Positions 38,409-48,532 of a DNA stretch of 56,455 bases are shown piece after piece. This DNA is from Actinomycetota bacterium (GTDB lineage Bacteria > Actinomycetota > Acidimicrobiia > Acidimicrobiales > CADCTF01), in contig JAHWJU010000004.1 in assembly GCA_019348255.1 (NCBI GenBank), forward strand, positions 1 to 56,455, in the 5' to 3' direction. Within the stretch, counting starts at the first letter, position 1. The number at the start of each line of letters is the position of its first letter. The notes below the pieces were generated by a model. The model was given only the letters and a program-made list of their open reading frames with translations. It searched no databases and was not told the DNA's origin. The position numbers and the translations under genes are program-made.

Positions 38409-39791
38409 GTGGTCGAGTACCGAACCGAGCGCGACACGATGGGCGAGGTCCTGGTGCCGGCGGCGGCCAAGTGGCGGGCCCAGACCCAGCGGGCGGTGGA
38501 GAACTTCCCCATCTCCGGAGTCCCCCTCGACCCGACGCTGATCCGGGCACTCGCCGCCGTCAAGGGTGCCGTCGCCCTGCAGAACGGGCGCCGGCGGGCC
38601 ATACCCAAGGCCAAGGCACAGGCCATCGCCGCCGCGGCCGCGGAGGTCTTCGCCGGGCGGTGGAGCGCCGAGTTCCCCATCGACGTCTTCCAGACCGGCT
38701 CGGGCACCTCGTCGAACATGAACATGAACGAGGTGCTGGCCACTTTGGCCGAAGAGCGCCTCGGCCAGCCGGTGCACCCCAACGATGACGTCAACATCCC
38801 GCTGTCATCCAACGACGTGTTCCCGTCCGCCATCCACGTGGCCGCCGCCCTGTCGATGCAGCAGGACCTGTTGCCGGCGCTGCGCCACCTGGCGGCCGGA
38901 CTGCGCAAGAAGTCCAAGCAGTTCGCCAAGGTGGTCAAGGCGGGCCGCACCCACCTCATGGATGCGGTGCCCGTCACCCTCGGCCAGGAGTTCGGCGGTT
39001 ACGCGACCCAGGTGGAACAGGGCGTGGAGCGCATCGAGGCGGTGCTGCCGCGGGTCGGTGAGCTGCCTCTCGGGGGGAGCGCCGTCGGAACCGGGCTCAA
39101 CGTTCCCAAGGGTTTCGCCGCCGCCGTCGTCGCCAGGCTGGCAGCCGACCTCGAGCTTCCCCTCACCGAAGCCCCCGACCACTTCGCCGCGCAGTCGTCG
39201 CGCGACCCGCTGGTGGAGGCATCAGGCCAGTTGCGGACCATCGCGGTGGCGCTGACGAAGATCGCCAACGACCTGCGCTGGATGGGTTCTGGCCCCCGTA
39301 CCGGGCTGGCCGAGATCTTCCTTCCCGACCTCCAGCCCGGAAGCTCGATCATGCCCGGCAAGGTCAACCCGGTGATACCGGAGGCGGTCACCCAGGTGGC
39401 CGCCCAGGTCATGGGAAACGACACAGCCGTTGCCTTCGCCGGGTCGCAGGGCGCCTTCGAGCTCAACGTGTACCTGCCGGTGATGTCGCGCAACCTGTTG
39501 GAGTCGATCCGCCTGGTGGCCAACGTCAGTCGCGTCCTTCGCGACAAGTGCGTCGACGGGATCGAGGCCAACGTCGAGCGCTGCAAGCAGTTCGCAGAGT
39601 CCTCACCGTCGATCGGCACCTCCCTCAATCCCTACATCGGCTACGAGAAGGCGGCCGAGGTGATCAAGGAGTCGACGAAGACGGGGCGGTCGATCCGCCA
39701 GTTGGTGCTCGACCGGGGCTGGATGACGGCGGCGGAGCTGGACCGGGCCCTCGACGTGTTCGGCCAGACCAGAGGCGGAGTCGCCCGCTAG
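38409..39791 (+). CDS. fumC: Class II fumarate hydratase
   Basis: [57 protein letters not shown] 6 nt before GTG 38409. Confidence 0.96.
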   Translation: MVEYRTERDTMGEVLVPAAAKWRAQTQRAVENFPISGVPLDPTLIRALAAVKGAVALQNGRRRAIPKAKAQAIAAAAAEVFAGRWSAEFPIDVFQTGSGTSSNMNMNEVLATLAEERLGQPVHPNDDVNIPLSSNDVFPSAIHVAAALSMQQDLLPALRHLAAGLRKKSKQFAKVVKAGRTHLMDAVPVTLGQEFGGYATQVEQGVERIEAVLPRVGELPLGGSAVGTGLNVPKGFAAAVVARLAADLELPLTEAPDHFAAQSSRDPLVEASGQLRTIAVALTKIANDLRWMGSGPRTGLAEIFLPDLQPGSSIMPGKVNPVIPEAVTQVAAQVMGNDTAVAFAGSQGAFELNVYLPVMSRNLLESIRLVANVSRVLRDKCVDGIEANVERCKQFAESSPSIGTSLNPYIGYEKAAEVIKESTKTGRSIRQLVLDRGWMTAAELDRALDVFGQTRGGVAR

Positions 39792-39795
39792 CGCC

Positions 39796-40284
39796 TCAGG
39801 TCAGAGCCGGCGAACCTTGGAACGGCCCCGGATCGCTCGGCGCCGGCAGCAGGGGAGCCGTCCACCGCATCTTCTCGGCCAGCGCGGAGGTCACCGCCTT
39901 CCACTCCGCCGGGTTCCACCCCTCCGCCGCCCGCACGACGGTGCCGTCCATGGCCACGTGGATGATGGCGGGGAGTCGCTCCAGCCCGAAGCCGCGGATG
40001 GCGGAGCGGTCGGGGTCGGTGAAGGTGAGCACGTCCCGGGCGAGCGGGCCGAGGAAGCGCCGGCAGTCGTCGGGGTCAGCCGGCAACAGCAGCGCCACCC
40101 GGCAGTCGGCCTGCTCGAACGTGCCGATGATCCGGGTGGCGATGGGCAGGATCCAGGCACCTTCGTTGGTGTAGGGGTCGAGGGCGATCACCAGCAGGTG
40201 GAAGTTCGTGAGCCACTGCTGCAGCGAGCGGCCCTTGCCGTTGATGGGCGTCAGCACCAGATCGGCAGGGGGGTCGGCGGGCAC
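39796..40284 (-). CDS. Conserved hypothetical protein, possible thioredoxin-like fold without CxxC
   Basis: PPADLVLTP..G, DPYTNEGAW, F.DPDR....FGLERLPA...DG.V...AEGW. Start GTG 40284 with TACGTT 8 nt upstream. Confidence 0.7.
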   Translation of the reverse strand: MPADPPADLVLTPINGKGRSLQQWLTNFHLLVIALDPYTNEGAWILPIATRIIGTFEQADCRVALLLPADPDDCRRFLGPLARDVLTFTDPDRSAIRGFGLERLPAIIHVAMDGTVVRAAEGWNPAEWKAVTSALAEKMRWTAPLLPAPSDPGPFQGSPALT

Positions 40285-40351
40285 GGCGGAAGAACGTACC
40301 CCAGGTAGTCTCGCCCGGGCGAGGTGCGGAGGCGCCGGAGAAAGGACCGAA

Positions 40352-40831
40352 GTGGGAGTCAACTCGACGCTGTACAACCTGGTGTTCGTGCTCCACCTGG
40401 TGGCCGTGGTCGTCGGCTTCGGCAGCATGTTCATGAACGGTGCCTACGGGGCGCAGGCCAGGCGGCGCCGAGGCCCCGGCGGTCAGGCCATCGGGGAGGC
40501 CACACTGGCCGTGACCAAGATGGCCCAGTACGCCGTCTACTCGGTGCCGGTGTTCGGGATCCTGCTCATCGTGTTGAGCGACGGGGTCTGGGAGTTCAGC
40601 CACATGTGGATCTCCCTCAGCTTCCTGCTGTACTTCGTGGCCGTGGGCCTCGTGCACGGGTTGGTGTTCCCGGCCGCCAAGCGCATGAACGACCTCGTCG
40701 GGGCCAGTGGCGGTACTGGTGAGGTGGCCCAGATGGAGGCACTGGAGAAGCGCGTCGCCCTGGGCGGCATGATCGTCAACCTCCTCGTCGTCGTCACCAT
40801 CGCCCTCATGGTCTTCAAGCCCGGCGTGTAG
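40352..40831 (+). CDS. DUF2269-like four-TM membrane protein
   Basis: LHLVAVVVGFG, FS..WISLS, C-terminal LMVFKPG; RBS AAAGGA. Confidence 0.8.
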   Translation: MGVNSTLYNLVFVLHLVAVVVGFGSMFMNGAYGAQARRRRGPGGQAIGEATLAVTKMAQYAVYSVPVFGILLIVLSDGVWEFSHMWISLSFLLYFVAVGLVHGLVFPAAKRMNDLVGASGGTGEVAQMEALEKRVALGGMIVNLLVVVTIALMVFKPGV

Positions 40832-40834
40832 CCG

Positions 40835-41638
40835 GTGCCCCATCCCATCGAGCGGCTGCGGTGGGTGGCCCGGGCCGAGGGGGCGGGGCCGTCGCTGCTC
40901 GTGCGGGAGGCGGCTGAGGCGCTGGCCCTGGTGGCGGAAGACCTGGCCGGCACGGTCACCGCCTGCCGGCGGCTCATCGACCGCCACCCCCAGATGGGGC
41001 CGATGTGGTGGCTGGGGGCGCGGGTGCTCGCCGCCGAGGACCCTGGGGCGGAGGCCTATGCCGCCGCCGACGCCATCGATGCCGACCCCACCGCCCGAGT
41101 GGTGGCCGCCAGTCTCCCCGATGACGTCACCGTGACCGTGCTGGGGTGGCCCGAGCAGGCGGCGGCCGCGCTGCGGCGCCGGGGGGACCTCGAAGTCCTG
41201 GTGGTGGACAGCGGGGCCGAGGGATCCCGGCTCGTGGGCCGCCTGTGCTCCTCCGGGGGAGACGCTGTGTCTGTGGCCGAAGGTGGTCTCGGGGGGGCGG
41301 TGCAGGAGTCGGCGCTCGTGCTGCTCGAGGCGACGGCTCTCGGACCGGACGGATTCGTCGCCACCTCCGGCTCCCTCGCCGCCGCCGCCCTGGGCGCCGG
41401 CCTGGGCGTCGAGGTGTGGGTGGTGGCGGGGGCGGGGCGGGTACTGCCGGGTCGGCTGTGGGAGGCGCTGGTGACTCGGGTAACCGACGCCGGCGAGCGG
41501 TGGGAGCTCCAACACGAGGTGGTTCCCCTCGACTGGGTGACGGCGGTGGTGGGCCCCAGGGGCCCGGAGGCGGCGCCGGCCGCGGTGCAGCGGGCCGACT
41601 GTCCCATCGTGCCCGAGCTGTTGCGTTGGGGCCCTTGA
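40835..41638 (+). CDS. Conserved hypothetical protein, distant eIF-2B alpha/beta/delta-like
   Basis: MHPIERLR.VAR-type start, RHPQMGPMWW, LLEATALGPDG..A..GS.AAAA....V.VW.VAG.GR.LP. Confidence 0.65.
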   Translation: MPHPIERLRWVARAEGAGPSLLVREAAEALALVAEDLAGTVTACRRLIDRHPQMGPMWWLGARVLAAEDPGAEAYAAADAIDADPTARVVAASLPDDVTVTVLGWPEQAAAALRRRGDLEVLVVDSGAEGSRLVGRLCSSGGDAVSVAEGGLGGAVQESALVLLEATALGPDGFVATSGSLAAAALGAGLGVEVWVVAGAGRVLPGRLWEALVTRVTDAGERWELQHEVVPLDWVTAVVGPRGPEAAPAAVQRADCPIVPELLRWGP

Positions 41639-41664
41639 CCACGTCGCGTACCTCCCCCCGGGCC

Positions 41665-43803
41665 ATGGAGGTCGACGATGTAGCGCGCTACCCGCTGCCG
41701 GGCAGCAACGCCGCCGCTTCGGCCGCCTTCAGCCCCGACGGCCGCTGGGTCGCCTTCCTCTGGAGCACCGACCACTCGTTGCGGCGCGGGCTGTTCGTGC
41801 ACGAGGTGGACACCGGAGAGGTGGACGAGTTGATGGCCGCCGGCGGCCCCGGCGGGGTCACCGAGGAGGGGCTGTCGCTGGAGGAGCGCCTGCGCCGGGA
41901 ACGCCAGCGCGACCTCGGCCAGGGCATCACCTCCTTCGCCTGGGCGAAGGAGGCGAACCGCCTCCTGGTGCCGCTACCGGACGGACTGCGGGTGCTGGAC
42001 GCGCCGAGCTTCGAGCCCCGCTTGGTCGCCAGTGCCGAGGACGGGCCGTTGGTGGATCCGCAGCTGTCGCCCGACGGGTCGATGGTCGCCTTCGTGCGGC
42101 ACGGCGAGCTGTTCGTGGTCGGTTGCGACGGAGCCACCGAAGCCCACCAGCTCACCCGGCCCGCGGAGGAGCCCGGCACGACCCACGGCCTGGCCGAGTT
42201 CATCGCCCAGGAGGAGATGGACCGGCGCCACGGCTTCTGGTGGTCTCCGGACGGCCGGCTGCTGGCCTTCACCGAGGTCGACGAGACGAGGATCCCCGTC
42301 TACCGGATCGTGCACCAGGGCAGCGACACCGTCGGCGAGGGAGCCCAGGAGGACCACCGCTACCCGTTCGCCGGTGGTGACAACGCCCGCGTCCGCCTGG
42401 CCGTCGTCGATGCCGCCGGCGGTGACCCGGTGTGGATGGAGCTGGGCCACGGCTGGGAGTACCTGGCCCGGGTCGACTGGCTGGCGCCCGGTCTGCTCGT
42501 CGCCCAGTTGCAGAACCGGGACCAGACCCGCCTCGACCTGGTCGCTCTCGACCCCGCCACCGGCTCGTCACGGCCGCTGCTCTCCGAGGAGTCCGACGTG
42601 TGGGTCAACCTGCACGACCTGCTCCGCCCTCTCGCCGGCGACCGCTTCCTCTGGGCGTCCGAGCGCAGCGGCTTCCGCCACCTCGAGGTGCGCTCCGCCG
42701 CCGACGGCTCGCTGGAGCGCGTGCTCACCGAGGGGGACTGGCAGGTGGAGACGGTGGTGGAGGTGGGGGAGGACCGGGTGTGGTTCACCGCCACCCGCGA
42801 CTCGCCCCTCGAACGCCACCTCTACGAGGTCCCCCTGGAAGGCGGGCCGGTCCGCCGGCTGAGCGACGGCGCCGGCACCCACGCCGGCGCCGTGGACTGC
42901 GGGCGGGGGCGCATGGTCGACACGTGGTCGACCACGACGCGCCCGCCGGAGGCCGTGCTCCGCTCCCTCGAGGGCCAGGAGGAGCCCCGGCCGCTGCTGC
43001 CGGCGGACGCCCGGCCCGATCCGCGGCTGGCCGAGCTGGATCTTCGGCCCCCCGAGCTGGTGACGGTGGAGACGCCCGACGGGGTCACCCTCCACGCCGC
43101 CCTGTACCGCCCGCCGGGCGTTGGGCCCTTCCCCACCATCGTGTCGGTCTACGGCGGCCCCCACGTCCAGCGGGTCACCGACTCCTGGGGCCTCACCGCC
43201 GGCATGCGCCACCAGTACCTGCGGTCCCTCGGGTTCCTGGTGGTGGTGGCCGACAACCGCGGCAGTGCCGGGCGGGGGCTGGCGTTCGAAGCCCCCATCC
43301 GCTGGTACCTCGGCAACGTCGAGGTGGCCGACCAGGCGACGGTGGTGCGGTGGCTGGTGGCGGAGGGTCTGGCCGACCCGGCCCGCGTCGGCATCTACGG
43401 CTGGAGCTACGGCGGCTACATGAGCGCGCTGAGCCTGGCCAAGGCGCCCGAGGTGTTCCGGGTGGCGGTGGCCGGCGCCCCCGTCACCTCCTGGGACGGC
43501 TACGACAGCCACTACACCGAGCGCTACATGGGCCTGCCCGAGCACAACCCCGACGGCTACCGGGCGTCGTCGGTCATGACCCACGTGGCCGGCCTGAAGG
43601 ACCGCCGGCTCCTGCTCGTTCACGGCCTCATCGACGAAAACGTCCACTTCCGCCACACCGCCCGGCTGGTCAACGCGCTGATCAGGGAGCGCATCCCCTA
43701 CGAGCTGCTCCTGTTCCCGGACGAGCGCCACGTGCCCCGCTCCGAGGCCGACCGGGTGTTCATGGAAGAACGCATCCGCGACTTCTTCCTGGCCCACCTC
43801 TGA
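41665..43803 (+). CDS. S9B dipeptidyl peptidase IV family
   Basis: EFIAQEEM, WWSPDG, RYPFAG, VYGGP, GWSYGG, YTERYMG, HGLIDENVHF, ERH. Confidence 0.94.
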   Translation: MEVDDVARYPLPGSNAAASAAFSPDGRWVAFLWSTDHSLRRGLFVHEVDTGEVDELMAAGGPGGVTEEGLSLEERLRRERQRDLGQGITSFAWAKEANRLLVPLPDGLRVLDAPSFEPRLVASAEDGPLVDPQLSPDGSMVAFVRHGELFVVGCDGATEAHQLTRPAEEPGTTHGLAEFIAQEEMDRRHGFWWSPDGRLLAFTEVDETRIPVYRIVHQGSDTVGEGAQEDHRYPFAGGDNARVRLAVVDAAGGDPVWMELGHGWEYLARVDWLAPGLLVAQLQNRDQTRLDLVALDPATGSSRPLLSEESDVWVNLHDLLRPLAGDRFLWASERSGFRHLEVRSAADGSLERVLTEGDWQVETVVEVGEDRVWFTATRDSPLERHLYEVPLEGGPVRRLSDGAGTHAGAVDCGRGRMVDTWSTTTRPPEAVLRSLEGQEEPRPLLPADARPDPRLAELDLRPPELVTVETPDGVTLHAALYRPPGVGPFPTIVSVYGGPHVQRVTDSWGLTAGMRHQYLRSLGFLVVVADNRGSAGRGLAFEAPIRWYLGNVEVADQATVVRWLVAEGLADPARVGIYGWSYGGYMSALSLAKAPEVFRVAVAGAPVTSWDGYDSHYTERYMGLPEHNPDGYRASSVMTHVAGLKDRRLLLVHGLIDENVHFRHTARLVNALIRERIPYELLLFPDERHVPRSEADRVFMEERIRDFFLAHL

Positions 43804-43866
43804 TCTACGTCCCGGGGCCGGGGGGCCGAGTTGGGAAGCTTCGGCGGCCCCCGTAGCCTTGCCACC

Positions 43867-44808
43867 ATGTCAGCGCGTACCCGTGACCTCCCTCGTCGCT
43901 CGTGCCTCTCCGTCCCGGGCTCGAGCGAGCGGTTCCTCCAGAAGGGCCCGAGCGTGCCGGCCGACATGACGTTCCTCGACCTCGAGGATTCGGTGGCGCC
44001 CCTGGAGAAGGACGGCGCCCGGGCCAAGGTCGTGGATGCCGTCAAGAACCTGGACTGGGGCGAGCGCGTGCTGTGCGTCCGCATCAACGCGTGGGACACG
44101 AAATGGACCGTCTTCGACGTCATAGAGGTGGTCGGCAACGCCGGCGAGCGCCTCGACGAGGTCATGTTGCCCAAGGTGCAGACGCCGGCCGAGGTGGTGG
44201 CGCTCGACCTGCTCCTCACCCAGGTGGAGGCCCAAGCCGGCCTGCCGCTCGGCCACATCGGCATCGAGGCCCAGATCGAGACGGCCCGCGGGCTCATCAA
44301 CGTCGAAGAGATTTGCGCCGCCAGCCCCCGCCTCGAAGCCATCGTCTTCGGCCCCGCCGACTTCGCGGCCTCGATGGAGATGCCGGTGCTCACCGGCGGG
44401 GTGCACATCCCCGACTACCCCGGCGACCACTTCCACTACGTGTTCAACAAGATCCTCATGGCCGGGCGGGCCAACGGGCTGCAGGTGATCGACGGCCCCT
44501 TCCTCAAGGTGCGCGAGCACGACGCCTTTCGTGACTACTGCAAGCGGACCAAGGTCCTGGGCTACGACGGCAAGTGGGCCCTGCACCCGGACCAGGTCGG
44601 CATCCTGAACGAGGTGTTCTCGCCCACCCAGGAGCAGTTCGACCGGGCCTGGGCCATCCTCGACGCCTACCGCGAGGCGACCGAGGGGGACTCGGGCGAG
44701 CGCAAGGGTGCGGTCATGTTCGGCGACGAGATGATCGACGAGGCGTCGCGGAAGATGGCGATCAAGTTCGTCGCCCGGGGCGACCGGGCCGGCTTGCGCC
44801 GGAGCTGA
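43867..44808 (+). CDS. CitE-family CoA-ester lyase (malyl-CoA/beta-methylmalyl-CoA lyase-like)
   Basis: RRSCLSVPGS, FLDLEDSVAP, VRIN, LPKV, AQIET, FGPADFAAS, IDGPF, GYDGKWALHPDQ, MIDEAS. Confidence 0.9.
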   Translation: MSARTRDLPRRSCLSVPGSSERFLQKGPSVPADMTFLDLEDSVAPLEKDGARAKVVDAVKNLDWGERVLCVRINAWDTKWTVFDVIEVVGNAGERLDEVMLPKVQTPAEVVALDLLLTQVEAQAGLPLGHIGIEAQIETARGLINVEEICAASPRLEAIVFGPADFAASMEMPVLTGGVHIPDYPGDHFHYVFNKILMAGRANGLQVIDGPFLKVREHDAFRDYCKRTKVLGYDGKWALHPDQVGILNEVFSPTQEQFDRAWAILDAYREATEGDSGERKGAVMFGDEMIDEASRKMAIKFVARGDRAGLRRS

Positions 44809-44821
44809 GCCGGCCGGGCAC

Positions 44822-45502
44822 TTGATCGTCGACTGCGTCATCCCGGCCCGCAACGAAGCGCCGACCGTGGCCTCGGTGGTGACGCTGGCCAGGGCGTGCC
44901 GGTACGTCCGGGAGGTGGTCGTGGTCGACGACGGCTCGACCGACGGCACCGGCGACCTGGCGGCGGCGGCCGGCGCCAAGGTGGTGCGCCGGGAGGACAG
45001 CGCCGGCGGCTCCAAGGCCCACGCCATGGAAGCCGGGGTGCTGGCCACCGGTGACGCCGAAGCCGTCCTCTTCGTCGATGCAGACCTCCTGGGGGCCACG
45101 CCCGCCCACCTCGACGCCATCTGCCGGCCCGTCGTCGAGCGGCGGGCGGCCATGTCGCTCGGGACCTTCGACTACGGCCGCCTGAACTGGTTCGTCCTGC
45201 GGCTCCCTCCCACCACGGGCGAGCGGATCGTGCCCAGGTGGGTGTTCGACGCCATCCCGCCCGAGAAGCGCAAGGGCTACACCATCGAGATCATGATCAA
45301 CGAGGTCATCTGCGAGGCGCGTCTTCCCACCGTGGCCCGGGTGATGGCCGGCGTGACCCACCGCACCAAGCGCGACAAGTTCGGCCTCCTGGAGGGCTAC
45401 CGGCGCACCTTTCGCATGTTCGCCGACCTGTGGTCGATGTGGGGGGTGTGCCGCTGGCGCACCTACTGGTTCTACCTGAGGGACCTGCGCATCGAGCGGT
45501 AG
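44822..45502 (+). CDS. Glycosyltransferase family 2
   Basis: VIPARNEA.TV, VVDDGSTDGT, FVDADL, TGER. Confidence 0.88.
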   Translation: MIVDCVIPARNEAPTVASVVTLARACRYVREVVVVDDGSTDGTGDLAAAAGAKVVRREDSAGGSKAHAMEAGVLATGDAEAVLFVDADLLGATPAHLDAICRPVVERRAAMSLGTFDYGRLNWFVLRLPPTTGERIVPRWVFDAIPPEKRKGYTIEIMINEVICEARLPTVARVMAGVTHRTKRDKFGLLEGYRRTFRMFADLWSMWGVCRWRTYWFYLRDLRIER

Positions 45503-45515
45503 CCGGGCGGCCGGC

Positions 45516-47102
45516 TCAGCCGCCGGCGGCGGCCAGGAGCCGGCGGGCGATCACCTTGAGCGCCAGCGTCTCGTCGGCTCCCTCGAAGATGGACAGCACC
45601 CGGGCGTCGACGAAGTAGCGGCTCACCGGGAACTCCTCGGCGTAACCCATACCGCCGTGGATCTGCAGCGCCTCCCGGGTGACCCATTCCGCCGCCCGAC
45701 ACACGTAGGCCTTGACCATGGAGGCCTCCACCGCTCCCTCGCCCTTGGCCATCAGCCGGGCCACCTGGTACATGAACTGGCGGGCGGACTGGATGATCAC
45801 GGCCATGCGCCCCAGCTTCACCCGGGTGAGCTGGTAGTCGAGGACGGGACGGCCGAACACCACCCGGTTGGCGGCGTAGTCACGGGCCGCCTCGTAGGCG
45901 GCCTGCATCACGCCGACGGCGCGGGCCGCGGTCTGCAGCCGGCCGTTCTCGAAGCCCTCCATCTGGAGGTAGAACCCCCGCCCGAGGCCGGCATCGCCGC
46001 CGATGAGGCTGTCCTCGGGCACGTGCCACCCGTCGAAGGCCACCTCGAAGGAGTGCATGCCCCGATAGCCGATGGTGTCGATGGCCCGGCCCTCCATGCG
46101 GCCGCCGCCGTCCTGGGTGAAGTCGAAGGAGTGGCCGGCGGCGCGCGGCTTGGGCACCACGAACAGCGACAGCCCGCGGTGGGCGAGGGAGCGGTCGGGG
46201 TCGGTGCGGGCCAGCAGCATCAACACGTCGGCCCTGCCCGCGAAGGTGCACCACGTCTTGACCCCGTTGATCACCCAGCCGTCGCCGGAGCGGACGGCGC
46301 TGACCTTGAGACCGGCCACATCGGAGCCGAAGTCCGGCTCGGTCACCGCCACCGCCGCCATGATCCCGCCCGAGGCCACCTGCGGCAGCCAGTGCTGCTT
46401 CTGGTCCTCGGTGCCCCCCTTCACCAGCGCCCGGGTGAGTATCTCGGGGCGGGTGATGAGCGAGCCGCCCACCCCCAGAGACGCCCGCGACAGCTCCTCG
46501 GTGGCCACCACCATGGCCATGTACTCGCCTTCGCCGCCGGCGGCGAAGCCGCCGTACTGCTCGGGAACCGACAGGCCGAACGTCCCCAGCTCGGCCAGCC
46601 CGGCGATGATGTCTTCGGGGATGTCGCCGTTGGTCCGGTGGACGTGTTCGGCCACCGGGCGGATCTTGTCGTCGGCGAAGCGCCGGAAGGTGTCCTGCAC
46701 CATCTCGAAGTCGTCGTCGAGATGGCGCGGTCCCGGCTCCTCCGCCAGTGCGGCCACGTATTCCGGGGCGCGGTAGGCCCGGACCAGGTCGAAGGCGCCG
46801 GCCATGGCCCCCGGTCCTGCTCCCCAGTCGGCCTCGCGGCCCAGGGTTCGGGTGGCCACGTCGTGCACGACGTCAGCGACGAAGGCGGAGGCGATCCGGG
46901 CCTCGACCTCTCCCCTGGCGCCGTAGTCCAGCACGGCCCGGGCGTTCTCCACCGCGGCCGCGGCGTGGGCCAGGTCGTACACCGTCGCCTGGTGGGCGTC
47001 CTGGTCGAGGCCGGCCAGATGACGGGTGGCGGTGGCCACGACCTCGGTGACGACGTCGACGGCGGCGGCGGCCTCGGACACCTCCGGAGCGGCGGGAGCC
47101 AT
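45516..47102 (-). CDS. Acyl-CoA dehydrogenase with N-terminal extension (methylsuccinyl-CoA dehydrogenase-like)
   Basis: EELSRASLGVGGSLITRPEI, AVTEPDFGSD, KTWCTFA, IGYRGM, FENGRLQTAARA, QIHGGMGYAEE, IFEGADE. Confidence 0.9.
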   Translation of the reverse strand: MAPAAPEVSEAAAAVDVVTEVVATATRHLAGLDQDAHQATVYDLAHAAAAVENARAVLDYGARGEVEARIASAFVADVVHDVATRTLGREADWGAGPGAMAGAFDLVRAYRAPEYVAALAEEPGPRHLDDDFEMVQDTFRRFADDKIRPVAEHVHRTNGDIPEDIIAGLAELGTFGLSVPEQYGGFAAGGEGEYMAMVVATEELSRASLGVGGSLITRPEILTRALVKGGTEDQKQHWLPQVASGGIMAAVAVTEPDFGSDVAGLKVSAVRSGDGWVINGVKTWCTFAGRADVLMLLARTDPDRSLAHRGLSLFVVPKPRAAGHSFDFTQDGGGRMEGRAIDTIGYRGMHSFEVAFDGWHVPEDSLIGGDAGLGRGFYLQMEGFENGRLQTAARAVGVMQAAYEAARDYAANRVVFGRPVLDYQLTRVKLGRMAVIIQSARQFMYQVARLMAKGEGAVEASMVKAYVCRAAEWVTREALQIHGGMGYAEEFPVSRYFVDARVLSIFEGADETLALKVIARRLLAAAGG

Positions 47103-47141
47103 AGCCGGCGAGGTTACCGATGGCTCCGCGGCAACCCCACG

Positions 47142-47783
47142 TCAGCTTCGCCGAGCCACCACCGTGACCAGAGGTGGCAGCACCACCGGATCGTCCCCGG
47201 GGTCCACCTCGGTGAGCGAGGCCAGGTAATCCGCCACCGGGCCCGGCCCGGCCCCGGCCGGCGCCTCCGCCCATGCGTCCACCACCTCGAGCCCCGCGTC
47301 GCGCACCAGCGCCGGCAGCAGCGCTCCCACGTCCGGATGGCGGGCCCCGGGCATGGACAGCGGGCTGCCGGCTATCCGCCCCGCCGAGGTGATCGGCTCC
47401 TGCGCGACGACCCAGCCCCCGGGGCGCACAGCCCGTCCCATCCTCCGCAGCACCGTCACCGGGTCCAGGACGTGCATGAGAAGGAAGCGGCAGAAGGCGA
47501 GGTCCACCGCCTCGGGCAGGGTGAGGTCCTCGGCGGCCTGGGTGATGACGACCACCTGTGTGTGCGCGGCCGCCGCCCCGGCCGCCTCGTCGCGGGCACG
47601 GGGGTCGCTGTCCACCGCGTAGACGCGGCCGCTGCGGCCCACCACCTCGGCCAGCGCCACGCTGACGTCTCCTCCGCCCGCTCCCACGTCTACGCAGCGC
47701 CCACCCTCGGCCAGACCGAGGCGCCCCAGCGCCGTCGCCAGCGGGCGCCGGTAGACGTCGTTGCGCAGCCCCAGCTCGGTCAC
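47142..47783 (-). CDS. Class I SAM-dependent methyltransferase
   Basis: CVDVGAGGG, VYAVD, DLAFCRFLLMHV, VRPGG. Confidence 0.88.
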   Translation of the reverse strand: MTELGLRNDVYRRPLATALGRLGLAEGGRCVDVGAGGGDVSVALAEVVGRSGRVYAVDSDPRARDEAAGAAAAHTQVVVITQAAEDLTLPEAVDLAFCRFLLMHVLDPVTVLRRMGRAVRPGGWVVAQEPITSAGRIAGSPLSMPGARHPDVGALLPALVRDAGLEVVDAWAEAPAGAGPGPVADYLASLTEVDPGDDPVVLPPLVTVVARRS

Positions 47784-47795
47784 GCTGGGACCGGC

Positions 47796-48419
47796 TCAGG
47801 CGGGCGCGGGAGTGGCGACCAGTTCGGCCAGCCGGAGCCGGTCGAGCTCCTCCATCTCCAGGAACACGAGGCGGTACTCATAGCCCCCGCCGGGCGCGGC
47901 AGACGCCTGCAGCACCGCTCCCAGCGCCACCACCCGGTCGCCCGTCGGCAGCTGCAGGGTCACCGTCGGGTCGCATCCCGACGGGAACGGCTTGGGCACC
48001 AGGACCCGGCAGCCCCCCTCGCCGATGTCGAGCGACTGTCCCACGACGGAGGTGAAACCCCCGGAGTCCTCGGCGGCCGGGTCGTCGAAGTTCGACAGCA
48101 CGACGGGGATGGAAAGGCGGGCCCGTGGTGCCGTCCGCCTCTGCACCCGCTCGACGTCGTGGACGTTGAGGTCGATGACGGCGTCCCTCGTCCCGTGGGG
48201 GGACAGGGTCGCCTTCATCCGGTACAGCGCGTCGGGCGCGAAGAAGCTGGCCACCACCTCGCACTCGGGCTGGGGCGGGCGGGGCGACGCACCCAGGTCG
48301 ACCACCACCGACCCCTCCCCGTCGTCGTCGAGAACCACCCCGGTGAGGCACTCGTTGCCTCCCGTGCTCAGCTCGATCAGCGCCACCTGCCCCGGCGCCG
48401 GCTTCCAGGCGAACGGCAT
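47796..48419 (-). CDS. PilZ-domain protein (YcgR-like c-di-GMP receptor)
   Basis: N-terminal beta domain, QRRTAPR (RxxxR), DIGEGG (DxSxxG variant); RBS GGAGG. Confidence 0.82.
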   Translation of the reverse strand: MPFAWKPAPGQVALIELSTGGNECLTGVVLDDDGEGSVVVDLGASPRPPQPECEVVASFFAPDALYRMKATLSPHGTRDAVIDLNVHDVERVQRRTAPRARLSIPVVLSNFDDPAAEDSGGFTSVVGQSLDIGEGGCRVLVPKPFPSGCDPTVTLQLPTGDRVVALGAVLQASAAPGGGYEYRLVFLEMEELDRLRLAELVATPAPA

Positions 48420-48532
48420 TGGATCCTCCAGCCACGCTGCGTCGCGTCCATCCTACCCACAGGGGTCAGGGCCCGTATCACGGGATCCCCCGGCTCATCC
48501 CCACCACCCCCGGGGCCGTAACGTCGACACCC

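Noticed and set aside
43811-43852. GC hairpins after DPP IV, arsC and pilT2 as terminators
   Set aside because: Imperfect stems with no U-tract. I cannot distinguish them from background GC pairing.
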